Shown: positions 1 to 9,489, numbered from the stretch's first letter. The stretch: DNA of 64,000 nucleotides from Alkalispirochaeta sp. (GCA_965601925.1 OZ271854.1:2816001-2880000), one strand, 5' to 3'. The notes: a model not told the origin generated them from the sequence alone. Program-made: numbers and translations.

Positions 1-77
1 ACGATAGCCGCCGCAACGCGGCGAGAGTCGGACGGTTCGTGTGCCGTGCGCCGAAAGTCTTCATAAAGATAGTATCA

Positions 78-91
78 ATTGTATCTACAAT
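78..91. promoter_or_regulatory. Palindrome ATTGTA-TC-TACAAT, candidate GntR/HutC-type operator overlapping a TACAAT -10 box
   Basis: Perfect 6-2-6 inverted repeat in an AT-rich patch upstream of the first CDS. Confidence 0.45.
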
Positions 92-226
92 ATTCGTCAA
101 GTTACACGAAGCGCAGTCGCGGCATCGGGCGTGTTCACACCGATTCGGTCGCGATCGGAGCCCGGTCGACACGTCGTCGCCGTCACGGTACTCTGGGGCT
201 GCACACTCAAACGAATGGAGATAGCC

Positions 227-1135
227 ATGAAACCGACCCTTCTGGTACTTGCAGCGGGTATGGGAAGCCGCTACGGCGGTGTCAAACAGATCGATCCCGT
301 AGGCCCGTCGGGCGAGGCGATCATCGACTATTCGATATACGATGCGATCCGTTCGGGATTCGATCGGGTGATCTTTGTTATTCGAAGGGAGATCGAGGCC
401 GACGTACGCGCGTTCTTTGCCGACAAGTTCGACGGAACGATTCGCGCGGACTACGTGTATCAGGATCTGTCCGATGTGCAGGGCGCTTTCACGGTGCCGG
501 CACAGCGCGCCAAGCCCTGGGGCACTGCGCACGCCGTTCTCGCCGCCAGAGAGGCGATCGACGCGCCCTTTGCGGTGATCAACGGCGACGACTTTTACGG
601 CCGCAGCGCCTTGGCGACGATGGCCGACTATCTGAGCGCCGCGCCGGCGGACGGTACGGACTACGCGATGGTCGGATACCGACTGGATCGTACGTTGAGC
701 GCGAACGGAACCGTTTCGCGCGGGATCGTGCTCCATGACGACGCGGGATGGCTCACATCGATCGAAGAGCACACCAAAATCGCGGCAGAAGGCGATGTGG
801 TGATCAGCCGGGACGACGGTGGAGCGGAGCGCGCGCGGTTTGACGGGAGCGAGGCGACCAGTATGAATCTCTTCGGATTCACCCCGCGAGCGATGCGCCA
901 ATTCGAGGACGAGTTTGCCGGCTTTCTTGCGGCGCACGGAACCGAGCCGAAGAGCGAGTTCTATATCCCCTACGCTATGAACCTTCTGAAGGAGAAGGGT
1001 AAGGCGCGTATGAAGGTACTCCGAAGCGACTCCGAATGGTTTGGCGTGACCTATCGCGAGGACCGTCCGGCGGTAGTCCGGCGAGTACGGGAGCTGGTCG
1101 ACGCCGGAGCGTACCCCGGCGCCCTGTGGTCGTAA
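227..1135 (+). CDS. Sugar-phosphate nucleotidyltransferase (NTP_transferase family)
   Basis: LAAGMGSRYGGVKQ, KPWGTAHA and INGDDFYG motifs; GGAG RBS before ATG 227. Confidence 0.85.
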   Translation: MKPTLLVLAAGMGSRYGGVKQIDPVGPSGEAIIDYSIYDAIRSGFDRVIFVIRREIEADVRAFFADKFDGTIRADYVYQDLSDVQGAFTVPAQRAKPWGTAHAVLAAREAIDAPFAVINGDDFYGRSALATMADYLSAAPADGTDYAMVGYRLDRTLSANGTVSRGIVLHDDAGWLTSIEEHTKIAAEGDVVISRDDGGAERARFDGSEATSMNLFGFTPRAMRQFEDEFAGFLAAHGTEPKSEFYIPYAMNLLKEKGKARMKVLRSDSEWFGVTYREDRPAVVRRVRELVDAGAYPGALWS

Positions 1136-1207
1136 TAACGCCCTTTTTTGTCCGTCTCATCGGATTTTCACGCTGTTCTGTTATCGTAAGAGGTAAGGGG
1201 GAACGCA

Positions 1208-2599
1208 ATGAATCTCTTTGCAAAGTGCAATCGAAGGACGGTCCTGAAAGCCGCGCTGGTGCTGGTCGTCTCGATGTGGACGGTTTTTCAAGCGATGGGA
1301 CAGAGCCGCGGGAACGCGGCGCCGGATCTCGTAATCGTCAATATGGCCGATACCCATTCGGCGTACGACGCGTACCCGCGTATCCTGACCGGCGTGGCCG
1401 ATATAGCGCAGGAGTATGCCGGTGCCGAGGTGGTCTTTCTCTTCAACGGCGACCTATTCGAATCGGGAAACGCGGCTGCACGCAAATCGGCGGGTAGGGT
1501 CGATTGGGAGTTCTTGCGCCGCCTCGGCGCCTACGGCGAGGTGATAATCAACGTCGGTAACCACGAGTTCGACTTCGTGACGCCCGATGCGTTCGTCGCA
1601 ACCGCACGTCGACACGAGGCGACGGTTATCGGCACCGTCGCTACCGTCGCGGAGCCCGGCTTGACGCCCCCTTCCACCGATCTGGTCGTCGCCGGGAGGC
1701 GCATACGCATTGTCGGTGTCGGTACCGACAGCCTCAACACCTATCCGCAGTCCATTCGCGACTCGTTGTCGATCCCCGATCCGCTCGCGTGGACCGTCTC
1801 TCGGTGGGACGATGTAACGGCCGGCGCGGACCACACGATCCTGGCAAGCCACGCCGGTTTGACGGCCGATCTGGCGATACTCGAGGCGATCGCAGGAGAC
1901 GAGTCGATCCTTTTTGCCGTCGGCGGGCACGACCACATTGTGGTGCGCGACGCGATCGCCGGTGTTCCCTATATGCACAACGGATTTCGCGGCGAACGAT
2001 TCAACGTGACCGAAGTCTACCTCTCCTCCCCGGTCGAGGTACGATTTCGCGACGTCGTTACCGCGGAGATCGTCGAAGAGGACCAGGCGATGGTGCACGA
2101 AGTCGCCATGGTGCGTAGCCAGTACCTCGACCCCGAGGATATCCGGATCGTCGGTACCGTCGACGCCGATATGACGGTCCTGGAAGGGGCGATGTGGGCC
2201 GTCGAGACGCTGCGGCGTGCAACCGAGGCCGACGTCGTCTTTCTCAACCACACGTCCTTTGGATCGGGCCTTGCGGCCGGCGCACTGCCGCGTTACCGTT
2301 TCGACCAGTTCATGCGCTTCGATAACGACGTGATGCGTGCCACCGTCGGGGCCGAGACGTTGCGCACCATCCTCTCGCGGAGCAATCAGCATACGATGCG
2401 CGATGTTGTCGCCCGAAGCGGGGATTTCCTCTACTCCAACGACGTGTCCGTCGTCGACGGTCGCCGCTATGATATCGTTACCTCGAGCTGGGTCGCTCTG
2501 GACTTCAACCAAATGCGGTATCTAGGAGCGGAGATAGCGTTCGAGGCGCTCCCGGGCGTTACGACGAAAGGTATTCTGCTCGACGCGTTGAGCGACTGA
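1208..2599 (+). CDS. Secreted metallophosphoesterase / 5'-nucleotidase family protein
   Basis: Signal-like N-terminus; DTH, GD, GNHEFD, SH and GGHDH calcineurin-like motifs; C-terminal nucleotidase-like region. Confidence 0.8.
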   Translation: MNLFAKCNRRTVLKAALVLVVSMWTVFQAMGQSRGNAAPDLVIVNMADTHSAYDAYPRILTGVADIAQEYAGAEVVFLFNGDLFESGNAAARKSAGRVDWEFLRRLGAYGEVIINVGNHEFDFVTPDAFVATARRHEATVIGTVATVAEPGLTPPSTDLVVAGRRIRIVGVGTDSLNTYPQSIRDSLSIPDPLAWTVSRWDDVTAGADHTILASHAGLTADLAILEAIAGDESILFAVGGHDHIVVRDAIAGVPYMHNGFRGERFNVTEVYLSSPVEVRFRDVVTAEIVEEDQAMVHEVAMVRSQYLDPEDIRIVGTVDADMTVLEGAMWAVETLRRATEADVVFLNHTSFGSGLAAGALPRYRFDQFMRFDNDVMRATVGAETLRTILSRSNQHTMRDVVARSGDFLYSNDVSVVDGRRYDIVTSSWVALDFNQMRYLGAEIAFEALPGVTTKGILLDALSD

Positions 2600-2645
2600 G
2601 TGTCGGGATGCCCGAGGGCGTGCTCGAGCAACCCGGCGGCTCCGC

Positions 2646-3560
2646 CTATAGTGCGAGCCGATCCTGCATCGGGGAATAACGACCGACGCGCTCGGCCAGA
2701 AGCTCCTCGGCGCGCTTCTGGCCCGACCGGTACTCCGGATTGTGCGGCATCGCCTCGAGCGCGGCGCGGTAGCACGGGAGCGCCTCGTGCGGCTCGCCCG
2801 CTTCCATCCACGCCTCGCCCATCAGGCCCTGCACCCACGCCTCCTGCTCGCGCTCGAAGGCGTTACGATAGCAAAAGATCGCCTTGTGGACGTGGCGCAT
2901 CTGCTGAAAGAGTGTCCCCAGTTGCAGCCAGCCGCGGGATCGGTCCCCATCGTCGACGGCGTGGGAGATCGCACGGCGCAGAGCCGATGCGGCCTTCCAA
3001 GAGTCTCCGGCAACGATATACTCGTCGGCCCGGCGTAGCCATACGCTCGCGCTGAATCGCGTCGGGTCGCGCATGAGATCGCGAATCTCAATCGAGTCCT
3101 CCACCGTCTCCTGGAACAGGTCCATTTGATGGCTCGCATCCGCGTCGTGGAGTTGATAACTCGTGACGTGTCGAGGCGTAGTCTCTACGACGTGAAATCC
3201 CGCCGGTGCATCATCTATGATTTCCGCTTCGTAGTAGCGTAGCCCGAGCCAAGCGATCCACCGTGCGCGCTCCTCATCGGTACCCGGGAGGGCCGAGAAG
3301 GGCGAATCCTCGCCGTAATCGACCTCGGAAAGAATCGTTCTATCTCGGTATCCGCCTCGGATCCAACTCCGCCGAGATCCCGGAAGCGCTTTCAGGAGGG
3401 GTTTGATCCACCACCAAAACGGTCCGAAGTGTCTATGTTCGCGCCGCTCGACCGCCAATCGAGGTGTAAGAGCGCCGAGCGTCTCCTCGATCTCCGTATC
3501 TCGGCGGCGGGAGGATACTCCGTCGAGCAGACTGTTGATATCGTCGCGTGAAAAGTACAC
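2646..3560 (-). CDS. TPR-containing protein with an unknown N-terminal domain
   Basis: C-terminal TPR-like helices (WLQLGTLF..KAIFCYRNA, GEAW..EALPCYRAALEAMP); AAGGAG RBS before GTG. Confidence 0.75.
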   Translation of the reverse strand: MYFSRDDINSLLDGVSSRRRDTEIEETLGALTPRLAVERREHRHFGPFWWWIKPLLKALPGSRRSWIRGGYRDRTILSEVDYGEDSPFSALPGTDEERARWIAWLGLRYYEAEIIDDAPAGFHVVETTPRHVTSYQLHDADASHQMDLFQETVEDSIEIRDLMRDPTRFSASVWLRRADEYIVAGDSWKAASALRRAISHAVDDGDRSRGWLQLGTLFQQMRHVHKAIFCYRNAFEREQEAWVQGLMGEAWMEAGEPHEALPCYRAALEAMPHNPEYRSGQKRAEELLAERVGRYSPMQDRLAL

Positions 3561-3585
3561 CGCTGCTCCTTATGCGTTTTTTTCT

Positions 3586-3612
3586 GTATCGGCGTTTTTG
3601 CGCAAAACTGGA
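3586..3612 (-). promoter_or_regulatory. Candidate sigma-28 (FliA) promoter for the TPR gene
   Basis: Minus strand TCCAGTTT-N11-GCCGATAC versus consensus TAAAGTTT-N11-GCCGATAA. Confidence 0.35.
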
Positions 3613-3640
3613 TCGCCGGATCCGGTGATCCGAGCGAGTT

Positions 3641-3997
3641 CTATCGTCGATCGGCTCGGGAGAGCGTCGCGATCAAGTCCTCGAGAGACGCCCTCGGGCC
3701 TTGAGGAAGGTCGGCATTAAACTCGTCCAGAACCAGTCGTAATCCGCGATACTCGCGGTCGGTCAGCATGACCGTGCCGGCGTCCAAACCGCCGGAAAAC
3801 AGATCGACCAACGAAGCACCGATCTGTTGCGCCCCGTCCATGTTGAAATCTTCGACGAGACGCCGATAGATGGTGGGGCCCAGTTCGGGGAGTGAGAGAA
3901 AGCGTCCCAATACCTCGCCGCTCTCTTCGGCCAACGCCTCGAGGTGGCGACTCGTGCGGGTTTTCAACTCCTCCAAGAAGGCCTCGCGGGGAATCAT
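3641..3997 (-). CDS. Hypothetical protein (118 aa, helical)
   Basis: Protein-like sequence from MIPREAFLEE; the upstream part of the ORF runs through the tandem repeat and is probably non-coding. Confidence 0.65.
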   Translation of the reverse strand: MIPREAFLEELKTRTSRHLEALAEESGEVLGRFLSLPELGPTIYRRLVEDFNMDGAQQIGASLVDLFSGGLDAGTVMLTDREYRGLRLVLDEFNADLPQGPRASLEDLIATLSRADRR

Positions 3998-4082
3998 ATG
4001 CAGACGATAGCCGGAGCGCGGGACGAGGTCAACGGCCTCGTCACGAATCCCGCCGGTTCCGGCCGCGGACGGCAAAGCCCGG

Positions 4083-4400
4083 CGGTGGTCGGAATGCGTC
4101 GACCGGTCGAGCGAGATCCGCTCTCGCGCGGTACGTAATGCGCGATGCTCACCATGGTGAGCATCGCCGCTACCGATACCGCCAGTTCCGACCGTGGTCG
4201 GAATGCGTCGACCAGTCGAGCGAGATCCGCCCTCGCGCGGTACGTAATGCGCGATGCTCACGACTGTGAGCATCGCCACTACCGATACCGCCAGTTCCGA
4301 CGGTGGTCGGAATGCGTCGACCGGTCGAGCGAGATCCGCCCTCGCGCGGTACGTAACGCGCGATGCTCACGACTGTGAGCATCGCCACTACCGATACCGC
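4083..4400. repeat. 109-bp tandem repeat (about 2.9 copies) built of palindromes
   Basis: GTGGTCGGAATGCGTCGACC starts at 4085, 4194 and 4303; near-identical units with GCGATGCTCAC-N4-GTGAGCATCGC hairpins. Confidence 0.95.
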
Positions 4401-5503
4401 AAGACGAATATGCCGGGAAAGATACCGCCGATCTCGATGATGCGGACGTGCAGAATGCTCCACTCCGTCCGTCCCGCGATCACACGGTTAAGTCGGCCCC
4501 GCCGTTTGGAGCTCATGAGCACTAGGCGTCCGCCAGGAGGAAGTATCGCCGCCGCGTTGTCCAGGAGGGCGCCGTACAGGGACGCGAAATCGAGGCCGCG
4601 ACCGGAACGCACCCCGAAAGGCGGGTCGCAGACGATGGTATCGATGTCGTATCCGGCGTAGATGGACGCGAGTCTCGTCGCATCGGCGAGACGAGTTTGG
4701 ACGCGGTGAAGTCGTGCGTGTATCGCGAGGTTGGCGCGCGTGCCGGCGATCGCCTCGCTCATGATGTCGGAGGCGTAAATGCGACGCTGTGAGAGCGCGG
4801 GGGTGTGCGCCGCCTCGAGCGGTATCGTTCCCGAGCCGCAAAAGGGGTCGAGTATGCCGCCGTGCCGACTCGCGACCGCACGGTGTACCGAGCCCGCGTC
4901 GGGTGCGTCGGTCGATGCGTACCGCAGAAGCGCCGCGGCGACCACCGGATTGAGTGCGACGCGGGGGCGGTAGAGCCACTCGAACCGGCGGTCCATCGGA
5001 TACGGATTCATGAGCAGACCGCAGTAGAGTACGTCGCCGTAGAGATATACGCGTACCGTCAGGTCGGGTGAGGTGAGGTCGACCGGAGCGCCGGTGCGCG
5101 CGACGAGAATCGCTCCGATTTCGCGCTCGACATCGGCACTCTTGAGTGCGTGGGCTCCTCGACGGATACAGCGAACGGCAAACGGCGTGTCGGCATCAAG
5201 CTCCGGGAAATCCGTCGACTCACCCCGGTCGCGGACGATCCGCAGCGCCTCGATGCGCGATGAGGCCTGGAGGTTGGGATGGACCGCGGCCGACCTGATT
5301 TCGGTAATCTCATACGCGCAGCGCACCGCTGCGAAGGCCTCCCACCCGATCGGACGCGGCGATGTAAGGTGTACGGCGTCGCGTACTCCGTCGGGAGACT
5401 CCCGTATTTCGATGCGTGGATCAGGGCCCGTCAGATCCCGTAGCTCGGCACCCAGCACCTCTTGAAGCCCCGGGTTGGTACGTGCGTGGTAGCAATAGCG
5501 CAT
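4388..5503 (-). CDS. THUMP-domain RNA guanine methyltransferase (TrmN/Trm14-like)
   Basis: THUMP segment (FAVRCIRRG..EREIGA..PVDLTSPD), LDPFCGSGTIPLEAA and DPPFG motifs. Confidence 0.85.
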   Translation of the reverse strand: MRYCYHARTNPGLQEVLGAELRDLTGPDPRIEIRESPDGVRDAVHLTSPRPIGWEAFAAVRCAYEITEIRSAAVHPNLQASSRIEALRIVRDRGESTDFPELDADTPFAVRCIRRGAHALKSADVEREIGAILVARTGAPVDLTSPDLTVRVYLYGDVLYCGLLMNPYPMDRRFEWLYRPRVALNPVVAAALLRYASTDAPDAGSVHRAVASRHGGILDPFCGSGTIPLEAAHTPALSQRRIYASDIMSEAIAGTRANLAIHARLHRVQTRLADATRLASIYAGYDIDTIVCDPPFGVRSGRGLDFASLYGALLDNAAAILPPGGRLVLMSSKRRGRLNRVIAGRTEWSILHVRIIEIGGIFPGIFVLRYR

Positions 5504-5533
5504 CCTGCGGGCTATCTTACTACACTGCATATC

Positions 5534-7141
5534 ATGGATGTATCCTTGACCCCGTCGGAGCTCACACCGGGGCGCATTCAAGCTCTTCTCCTCGATAGAC
5601 GGGCCGAGGTACGGGTAGCGCCCGCCGATCTCGCCGCGGCCGCCGGACCGTTCACCGTTCGATTGCGGGTCGATGGGAACGTCGGCGGGAGCGATTCCGT
5701 ATCCGATACGGAGTATCGCGTCGCGGAGCCCGGAGGCGGGTTGGCCGCCGTCGTGGCGACCGTAGTCCGGGCCGGACGTATCGAAGGACGCCGGAGCGGC
5801 GACGACGCAGTCCTGGTCCGTGTACCTGCCGCGGCCGCCGCGTGGATCGCCGATCGCGCGCTCCTGTGGGCGACATTGTGCGGCACCTTCGGTACGGCGG
5901 CCGGTATCCCGGAGGTCGAAGAGGTCGACAGCGGAGCGTTGCGTTCAGCGATCTCCGAACGCCGCGTTTGGCACTGCCGGCTCGAGGCGAGCGACGCTCG
6001 CGATCCGATCGCCGCGTGGCTCGTCGTCGAGACCGATAGCGAGTCACCGCACCACCAGCCCTCGCGTCGCCTGGCCGCCGGGTTGAATATGACGCGTGAT
6101 ATCCTTCGGAGGGCGGGGCTCGGCGAGGTTCATCTCAAGGTGCGTCGTCAGCCTCCCTCCTCGGTCGACGAGGGCAGAGTCGTGCTCCGCATGACGAGTC
6201 CCGCTTGGCAGGCGTTCTGGCCGATGCGTACGGCCGTGCGGCTGATGGAGGCCCTCGTGCTGCGCGACGGCGACGCGGTGGACGCTCACCGTTACGATCG
6301 CCATCGCGACGGCGACGAGCGACTCGTCGGGCTGCAACGGGCCGCCGCCCTGCGATTGCTCGATGCCGAGGTAACGACAAACGGCCTCGTGAGACTCTTG
6401 CAATCGCTCCCTCGGACCTCCACGGAGAAGATCGGGCGTTACGCCGTACGCGCCGTTGTCGAGTTGGCGCGCGCCGGCGGAGTCGCAACGCGTGAGTTCG
6501 TCGAATCCGCTTACCGTAGCGGAAAGGCATATCGCGATCTGGCGGGAATCGTACGATGGTTCCCCGAGGCGATCCGCGACCGCTTCGCCGCCGCCCTCGG
6601 TGGACGCTGGGAACAACTCGCGAGTCACGGTACGCGGCGACCGCTCCCGGCCGGCGAGCAGGGGCGCGCCTATCCGTGGATCGCCGTACCGGAGGCGTGC
6701 GAACGCCTCGTCTCCGATCTCGCGTCCCGGGCACGTCGCGCGGGCGGGGGACTCTCGGCGGTAACCGGCACAGTAGTGGAACGGTTCTACACCGCCCCGC
6801 GGGGCGAGCGGCTTCAAGCCGTATGGCGACGACAACGCGTCGCCGGCGACTTGGGACGCGCCCTGGAGGATACGATGCTCTCCCGTCTCCGGCGCGAACT
6901 ACCGCATATGCCGCGGGAGGTTCTCGTTTTGGCGATGGTCGAGGAAAATCGTGACACCAAGCAACGCATCTCCGCCATATTCTCGCGCCGCGGGAGAACG
7001 CTCTTTCTGGAGGATGTCGCGGCACTGGAGGCCGCTGTGGCGCGACGGGAGTTCCGTGAGTGGGATCGCGTGCTCTCGGCGCGACGGGAGCTCCTGCGCC
7101 GCCTCGTGCAGGGCAGCCGAATCGCGGCGAAGCGCCGCTAA
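5534..7141 (+). CDS. Hypothetical protein with a possible FliG C-terminal-like domain
   Basis: Long ORF; C-terminal LRRELPHMPREVLVLAMVEENRDTKQRISAIFSRRGRTLFLEDV resembles the FliG_C pattern. Confidence 0.6.
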   Translation: MDVSLTPSELTPGRIQALLLDRRAEVRVAPADLAAAAGPFTVRLRVDGNVGGSDSVSDTEYRVAEPGGGLAAVVATVVRAGRIEGRRSGDDAVLVRVPAAAAAWIADRALLWATLCGTFGTAAGIPEVEEVDSGALRSAISERRVWHCRLEASDARDPIAAWLVVETDSESPHHQPSRRLAAGLNMTRDILRRAGLGEVHLKVRRQPPSSVDEGRVVLRMTSPAWQAFWPMRTAVRLMEALVLRDGDAVDAHRYDRHRDGDERLVGLQRAAALRLLDAEVTTNGLVRLLQSLPRTSTEKIGRYAVRAVVELARAGGVATREFVESAYRSGKAYRDLAGIVRWFPEAIRDRFAAALGGRWEQLASHGTRRPLPAGEQGRAYPWIAVPEACERLVSDLASRARRAGGGLSAVTGTVVERFYTAPRGERLQAVWRRQRVAGDLGRALEDTMLSRLRRELPHMPREVLVLAMVEENRDTKQRISAIFSRRGRTLFLEDVAALEAAVARREFREWDRVLSARRELLRRLVQGSRIAAKRR

Positions 7142-7920
7142 TCGAGCTCCCGGGCGACGATGAGTTCGGCGTTCCGTACGCTCCGACGAAGCCAGCGGTT
7201 GAGAATGAGAAGGCGCTCGTAGTCGGAGAGGCGCCACGGCAGATCGGTGACGCGCAGGCGCGCGGAAAGCGCCTGAAGACAGATCGCCGCGGATACCGAG
7301 ATATTGAGACTCTCCACAAAGCCGCGCATCGGGATGCGAAGGTACTCATCGGCGTGATCCAACGCCACCTCCGACAATCCCTCCTTCTCGGTGCCGAGGA
7401 GGAGCACCGCCGGGCCCTCCTCCAGGGAGAAGTCTTCGAGCGTTACGTCGTCGCGATGGGGCGTCGTCGCGACGATACGATAGCCGAGGCGGCGGAGCGT
7501 CCGTATCGCCGCCTCGGTGCCTGCCGGTGCGGCGGTTCTCTCTGCGAGGGCGTGCTCCGACCGATCGGCCCCCGGAGGGGGCGGAGGCGAGTACCGGTAC
7601 AGGCTCAGCCACTGCGCCGTTCCCAGCTCGACACCGGGATTTGTTCGATAGCGATTGCGGTTCTCGACGATATGCACGTCCTGCACGCCGAAAGCGTCGC
7701 ACGATCGCAGTACGGCGCTTGCGTTGTGCGGCTGAAATACATCTTCGACGGCCGCCGCGAGGTAGCGACTGCGCATATCCAGGACGTCTTGCATCCGCTG
7801 CCATCGCCGATCGGTGACGTGGCGACGCAGAATATGCTCCTCCTCTCGAAGGCGTTCTTCGTCTACGGGTGCATAGGGATCGATTCGCGGTCCGTCGGAC
7901 GAGGCAATGTTCTCGTTCAT
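7138..7920 (-). CDS. trmH: tRNA (guanosine-18-2'-O)-methyltransferase, SpoU/TrmH family
   Basis: HNASAVLRSCDAFG, GTEKEGLS and IPMRGFVESLNISVS motifs. Confidence 0.9.
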   Translation of the reverse strand: MNENIASSDGPRIDPYAPVDEERLREEEHILRRHVTDRRWQRMQDVLDMRSRYLAAAVEDVFQPHNASAVLRSCDAFGVQDVHIVENRNRYRTNPGVELGTAQWLSLYRYSPPPPPGADRSEHALAERTAAPAGTEAAIRTLRRLGYRIVATTPHRDDVTLEDFSLEEGPAVLLLGTEKEGLSEVALDHADEYLRIPMRGFVESLNISVSAAICLQALSARLRVTDLPWRLSDYERLLILNRWLRRSVRNAELIVARELD

Positions 7921-7967
7921 CGTGACGAGGCTACCCGCACAAATCGGACATTGCAAGGCGAGCGGCG

Positions 7968-7996
7968 TTGACAGTCCTTTGTCGGGAGAGTACAAC
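7968..7996 (+). promoter_or_regulatory. Sigma-70 promoter for rlmD (near-leaderless)
   Basis: TTGACA-17-TACAAC, 8 nt before ATG 8005. Confidence 0.65.
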
Positions 7997-8004
7997 GAGC
8001 GCCT

Positions 8005-9489
8005 ATGCAGAAAGAGTATCGGGAGGTAGCGATCGAGCGCATCGACAGCCGCGGTAGAGGGCGCGCCTCGGTACGAGTCGGCGACGGTACCGCGCGTCCG
8101 CTTGTCGTGGCCGGAGCGCTCCCCGGCGACGTTATCGACGTACGAGTACGGAGACGCAAAGCGAGAACGTACCACGGTGAGATTACCGCCTTCCATCGTC
8201 ACGCCACGGCGCGCCGGCGTCCCTTTTGTCGCCACTTCGAGGAGTGCGGCGGGTGTACGATTCAGGATTTGGAGTACTCCGCTCAGTGTGACCTGAAGCG
8301 AGAGATGGTTCGTTCGGCATTCACCGAGGCGGGGTTCGCGTTCGAGGCGAACCAAGACGGTACGGGGCCGGCCGCAGGGGAAGAGATCGACGCAAGCGAG
8401 GCGGATCGCGAGCGTTTCGAGCCGCTTCCCGAGCTGCCGGAGGTAATCGGCGCAGAGAACGAGCGACGTTATCGTAACAAGCTGGAGTTTTCATTCGGCG
8501 CACAGCGGTGGCTCAGTGAGAACGAAGTCGTCGAAGCGGCTCGGATCGACGATCGTCGCGGCCTCGGGTTCCACGTGGCGGGGCGGTTCGACCGCGTACT
8601 CGATCTTACCGAGTGTCATCTCCAAGACGAGCCGTCGGAGTCCATACGCACGTTCATTCGCGACTACTCACGGGAAAACGGACTGACCTACTACGATTCG
8701 CGGGAGCACCACGGGTTTCTCAGGCTCCTCACCATTCGGACCTCTCTATCCGGCGAGACGATGGTTATCGTCACCTTCGGCGAGGATCGCCCGGAGGATA
8801 TTCGCTCGGTAATGGAGGCGATACGAACGCGCTTTGCGACGCTGCACTCCCTGAACTACGTGGTCAATACGAGCAAGAACGATAGTATCTACCCTCACGA
8901 GGTGGTCACCTGGTCGGGGGAGCCGTGGATAACGGAGTTATGCGGACCCAACACACTTCGCGTGCGCCCCAAAGCCTTCTATCAGACCAATCCGCGGCAG
9001 GCGATGAGATTGTACGAGGCCGCATTCGCTCATCTTCAACCGACACGGGACGAACTCGTCTTTGATTTGTACAGCGGTATCGGGAGTATCGCGCTGGCGG
9101 CTGCTCGGTCGGTCGACAGGGTCGTCGGTATCGAGTCGGTTCCCGACGCGGTGCGTGCGGCCCGCGAAAACGCGCGACTGAACGGGATCGACAACGTCGT
9201 CTTCGAGGAGGGAGCCGTGGAGGATACGCTCTCCGAGGTAGCCGCACGTCACGGGCGCCCCGACGTAGTGATCGTCGATCCCCCGCGCTCGGGACTCCAT
9301 CCTCGAGCGCTCGACCGCGTGCGCGATCTCAGTCCGCCGCGGATTCTCTACATCAGTTGCAACCCGCGCACGCAGGCGAGCGACGTCGCCGCGCTCCGTG
9401 AATGGTATCGTGTCGAGGCGTTGCAGCCGGTCGATATGTTTCCCCAGACACGCCACGTTGAAAATATCGTCGCCTTGCGTCGCCGTTGA
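8005..9489 (+). CDS. rlmD: 23S rRNA (uracil-1939-C5)-methyltransferase
   Basis: TRAM N-terminus, CRHFEECGGC Fe-S motif, YRNK, FYQTN, DPPRSG, YISCNP and DMFPQTRHVE. Confidence 0.93.
   Translation: MQKEYREVAIERIDSRGRGRASVRVGDGTARPLVVAGALPGDVIDVRVRRRKARTYHGEITAFHRHATARRRPFCRHFEECGGCTIQDLEYSAQCDLKREMVRSAFTEAGFAFEANQDGTGPAAGEEIDASEADRERFEPLPELPEVIGAENERRYRNKLEFSFGAQRWLSENEVVEAARIDDRRGLGFHVAGRFDRVLDLTECHLQDEPSESIRTFIRDYSRENGLTYYDSREHHGFLRLLTIRTSLSGETMVIVTFGEDRPEDIRSVMEAIRTRFATLHSLNYVVNTSKNDSIYPHEVVTWSGEPWITELCGPNTLRVRPKAFYQTNPRQAMRLYEAAFAHLQPTRDELVFDLYSGIGSIALAAARSVDRVVGIESVPDAVRAARENARLNGIDNVVFEEGAVEDTLSEVAARHGRPDVVIVDPPRSGLHPRALDRVRDLSPPRILYISCNPRTQASDVAALREWYRVEALQPVDMFPQTRHVENIVALRRR

Noticed and set aside
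3998..4279. N-terminal extension of the 3641 ORF and other ORFs across the repeat
   Set aside because: They are translations of the palindromic repeat, whose period is not a multiple of 3
4083..4400. CRISPR array
   Set aside because: Whole 109-bp units are near-identical, with no unique spacers and no cas genes
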